DNA of 64,000 nucleotides, from the NCBI GenBank assembly GCA_051532055.1, contig JAOPTX010000042.1:111101-175100 (forward strand), given 5' to 3'. How positions within the stretch are numbered: the first letter of the stretch is position 1; every line of letters starts with the position of its first letter. The DNA comes from Fibrobacterales bacterium. Its GTDB lineage: Bacteria > Fibrobacterota > Fibrobacteria > Fibrobacterales > JAOPTW01. Of the stretch, positions 62,291 to 64,000 are shown one piece after another. The notes below the pieces were generated by a model that worked only from the letters and a program-made list of their open reading frames with translations, was not told where the DNA came from and did not search any database. The translations under genes were made by a program, and so were the position numbers.

Positions 62291-63139
62291 TCACTCTTCT
62301 GGGATAATTTTTGTTTCAATTTCCACTAGAAGCGCATCATGATCACCGGCAGAAATAGTATTCAAAATAAACTCCTTATTACACTTCCAGCAAAATGGCT
62401 CTGATAACTCATACTTTTTCGTATAAAGGAATTCAGCATACTGTAGAACAACCAGAACCTTTGTAATCAGAGGCTCTATTTCAGGATTCTTTATAAGAGC
62501 AACATCCTGTTCAATGTTTTCAGAATGATGCAAGAGTATTCCCCAATACAGTAGTTTCGGAAATTCCCATTTTTTCGATAGAAAATGGCCTACAACCGCA
62601 TGGTCTACCATAAACTGGTTATCTTCATACGTTAAAATTGACTTATCTGAACTATATGCATGATTGAGATAAAATTCCAAATAACCTTGATATTCCTCAG
62701 CAAGTGCAGGCACTCCACAATTACTTAAAAAGGATATGGAAAATGCCTCATCTGAAGATATAAGCTTATGTTTCTGGGCAACAATAGCCGCAATTTGCGC
62801 AATTAATGTTGACTGATTCCAAAACGTTGCAATAGCTTCGGAATCACTTTGATGCGATTCGCGTAAAGTAAAACAGTATACAAGATTAGTAACATTTGAA
62901 AGTCCAAGAAGGATAATTGCTTGTTGAATAGAAGTAACTTTTTCTGAGAGATTAAAAGCTGCAGAATTTACCGTTCGAAGTATTGCAGCAGAAAGGGCCA
63001 TGTCCTGATGTACTATTTTAGAAATTTTTGTAATATCACATCCATGTTCACTTTCTTCCAAATAATCAGCAAGCAACTTTGGTTGTGAAGGAATTGGAAG
63101 GTTTTCCAAAATCATAGCGGTAAGTTTACTATTCTTCAT
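62291..63139 (-). CDS. HDOD domain protein
   Basis: LP..P, D.ALSA.ILRTVNSAAF, SIQQAI.LLG, DHA.VG..L..KW.FP, I..HH. Confidence 0.88.
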   Translation of the reverse strand: MKNSKLTAMILENLPIPSQPKLLADYLEESEHGCDITKISKIVHQDMALSAAILRTVNSAAFNLSEKVTSIQQAIILLGLSNVTNLVYCFTLRESHQSDSEAIATFWNQSTLIAQIAAIVAQKHKLISSDEAFSISFLSNCGVPALAEEYQGYLEFYLNHAYSSDKSILTYEDNQFMVDHAVVGHFLSKKWEFPKLLYWGILLHHSENIEQDVALIKNPEIEPLITKVLVVLQYAEFLYTKKYELSEPFCWKCNKEFILNTISAGDHDALLVEIETKIIPEE

Positions 63140-63329
63140 ATATTTTTACACATAAACATATTTATTAACTCCAGTATACCATTTATTCTGATAAATTACT
63201 GTAAGAAAAAAATATTTAATAAATGATTCCATTTCCAATGTCAAGGACGAATCGTGAAGATAGAAAGGCTTCATTAGCATCCTGAAACGCATATTTGGGG
63301 TCAGTAGGGGAGTGCCGAGCCTACTTCAA

Positions 63330-64000
63330 TTATTTGAGATTAGGTTTCATCTCAACAACATATGACCCTGAGGGTACAGAAAAATCTGGTTTATCCTGTC
63401 CATTCATTCCTATAGAATTTTTATACAAAACCTTTCCATGTATAGATAGAACTCTACTTATATATAAATGGGGATTCATGGTTTTTAGGTTGTTTACCAG
63501 TGGTACATTTCCAATAGCATTCATAATGAAATAGGTATGCCCCTGTACTGCTGTATACCCGATGCCATCATGCATCCTGGTTTGTAACTCATCAGATGAT
63601 AGTGCTGCACTTGATAGAGATGACGAAGATGACGAAGATGATGATGATAACGATGAAGATGAAGAACGCGAAGACGATGACAACGACAATGAAGAAGAAA
63701 GTGCATTACTCATTATGGCAGAAGAGGACGTTGTCAAATCGGATGAGTTGCTGATATCGTTTCTTTCGTCACTACTTGCCGGGAACATAGAGTAAGGGTC
63801 AATTTCTCTAATAGATACCATTTTATATTCTGCGGTATCATTATCTGTTCGCCAGTACACATTTCCTCCTGATAATATAGGGGCAAAGGGGTCGGAATAA
63901 CTACACCCTGATATATCTGCACCTTCCCAGTTCGTACCATCGTCAGTAACATCTCCTAACAACTGCCACGTCCCTCCGTCAGCAGGGTTTCCGTCAGAAA
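63330..64000 (-). CDS. C-terminal part of a secreted protein with poly-Ser linker and short basic C-terminal sorting-like domain (5' truncated)
   Basis: Frame open to the window edge; long Ser tract; tail RVLSIHGKVLY...VPSGSYVVEM resembles T9SS-type CTDs. Confidence 0.65.
   Translation of the reverse strand, partial: SDGNPADGGTWQLLGDVTDDGTNWEGADISGCSYSDPFAPILSGGNVYWRTDNDTAEYKMVSIREIDPYSMFPASSDERNDISNSSDLTTSSSAIMSNALSSSLSLSSSSRSSSSSLSSSSSSSSSSLSSAALSSDELQTRMHDGIGYTAVQGHTYFIMNAIGNVPLVNNLKTMNPHLYISRVLSIHGKVLYKNSIGMNGQDKPDFSVPSGSYVVEMKPNLK

Noticed and set aside
1145..63952. Many 60-136 aa alternative-frame or antisense ORFs in the ORF track
   Set aside because: They lie inside longer, motif-supported genes and read as shadow translations (e.g. 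9535..9945, 63562..63795 opposite the poly-Ser tract).

Overview
AT-rich bacterial chromosome segment. Ser-rich-linkered lipoproteins, PorV-like/FlgD-Ig sorting features and an NPCBM-glycosyltransferase next to gmk suggest an FCB-group organism, most likely Fibrobacterota; an alginate lyase hints at a marine habitat (both are inference). 0.5-20.5 kb is a tightly coupled six-gene operon. It encodes three paralogous secreted proteins (two giant ones with a Gly-rich head and FN3-like stalk), each ending in a ZU5-like domain with an N-H-F-S motif followed by a T9SS/FlgD-Ig-like C-terminal domain. These are followed by a PorV/PorQ-barrel-TPR fusion, a TPR-TM-HEAT membrane protein and a DnaJ-STAS fusion. 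20.5-32.7 kb is mostly housekeeping (hslO, thrH, gmk, yaaA) and includes an unannotated 24-codon leader peptide/attenuator in front of an EamA transporter. 32.9-58 kb is an accessory stretch of secreted proteins and lipoproteins: DUF4419, DUF1566, a beta-prism/MABP-like protein, PL7, a multimodular GH5, LamG and MORN proteins, an internally deleted IS3 remnant and a lipoprotein carrying two tandem Hcp/TssD domains with no T6SS nearby. The window ends with an HK-RR-CheA operon, an HDOD gene and a truncated secreted protein. No rRNA, tRNA or CRISPR array was seen. All family assignments are by motif recognition; no searches were run.
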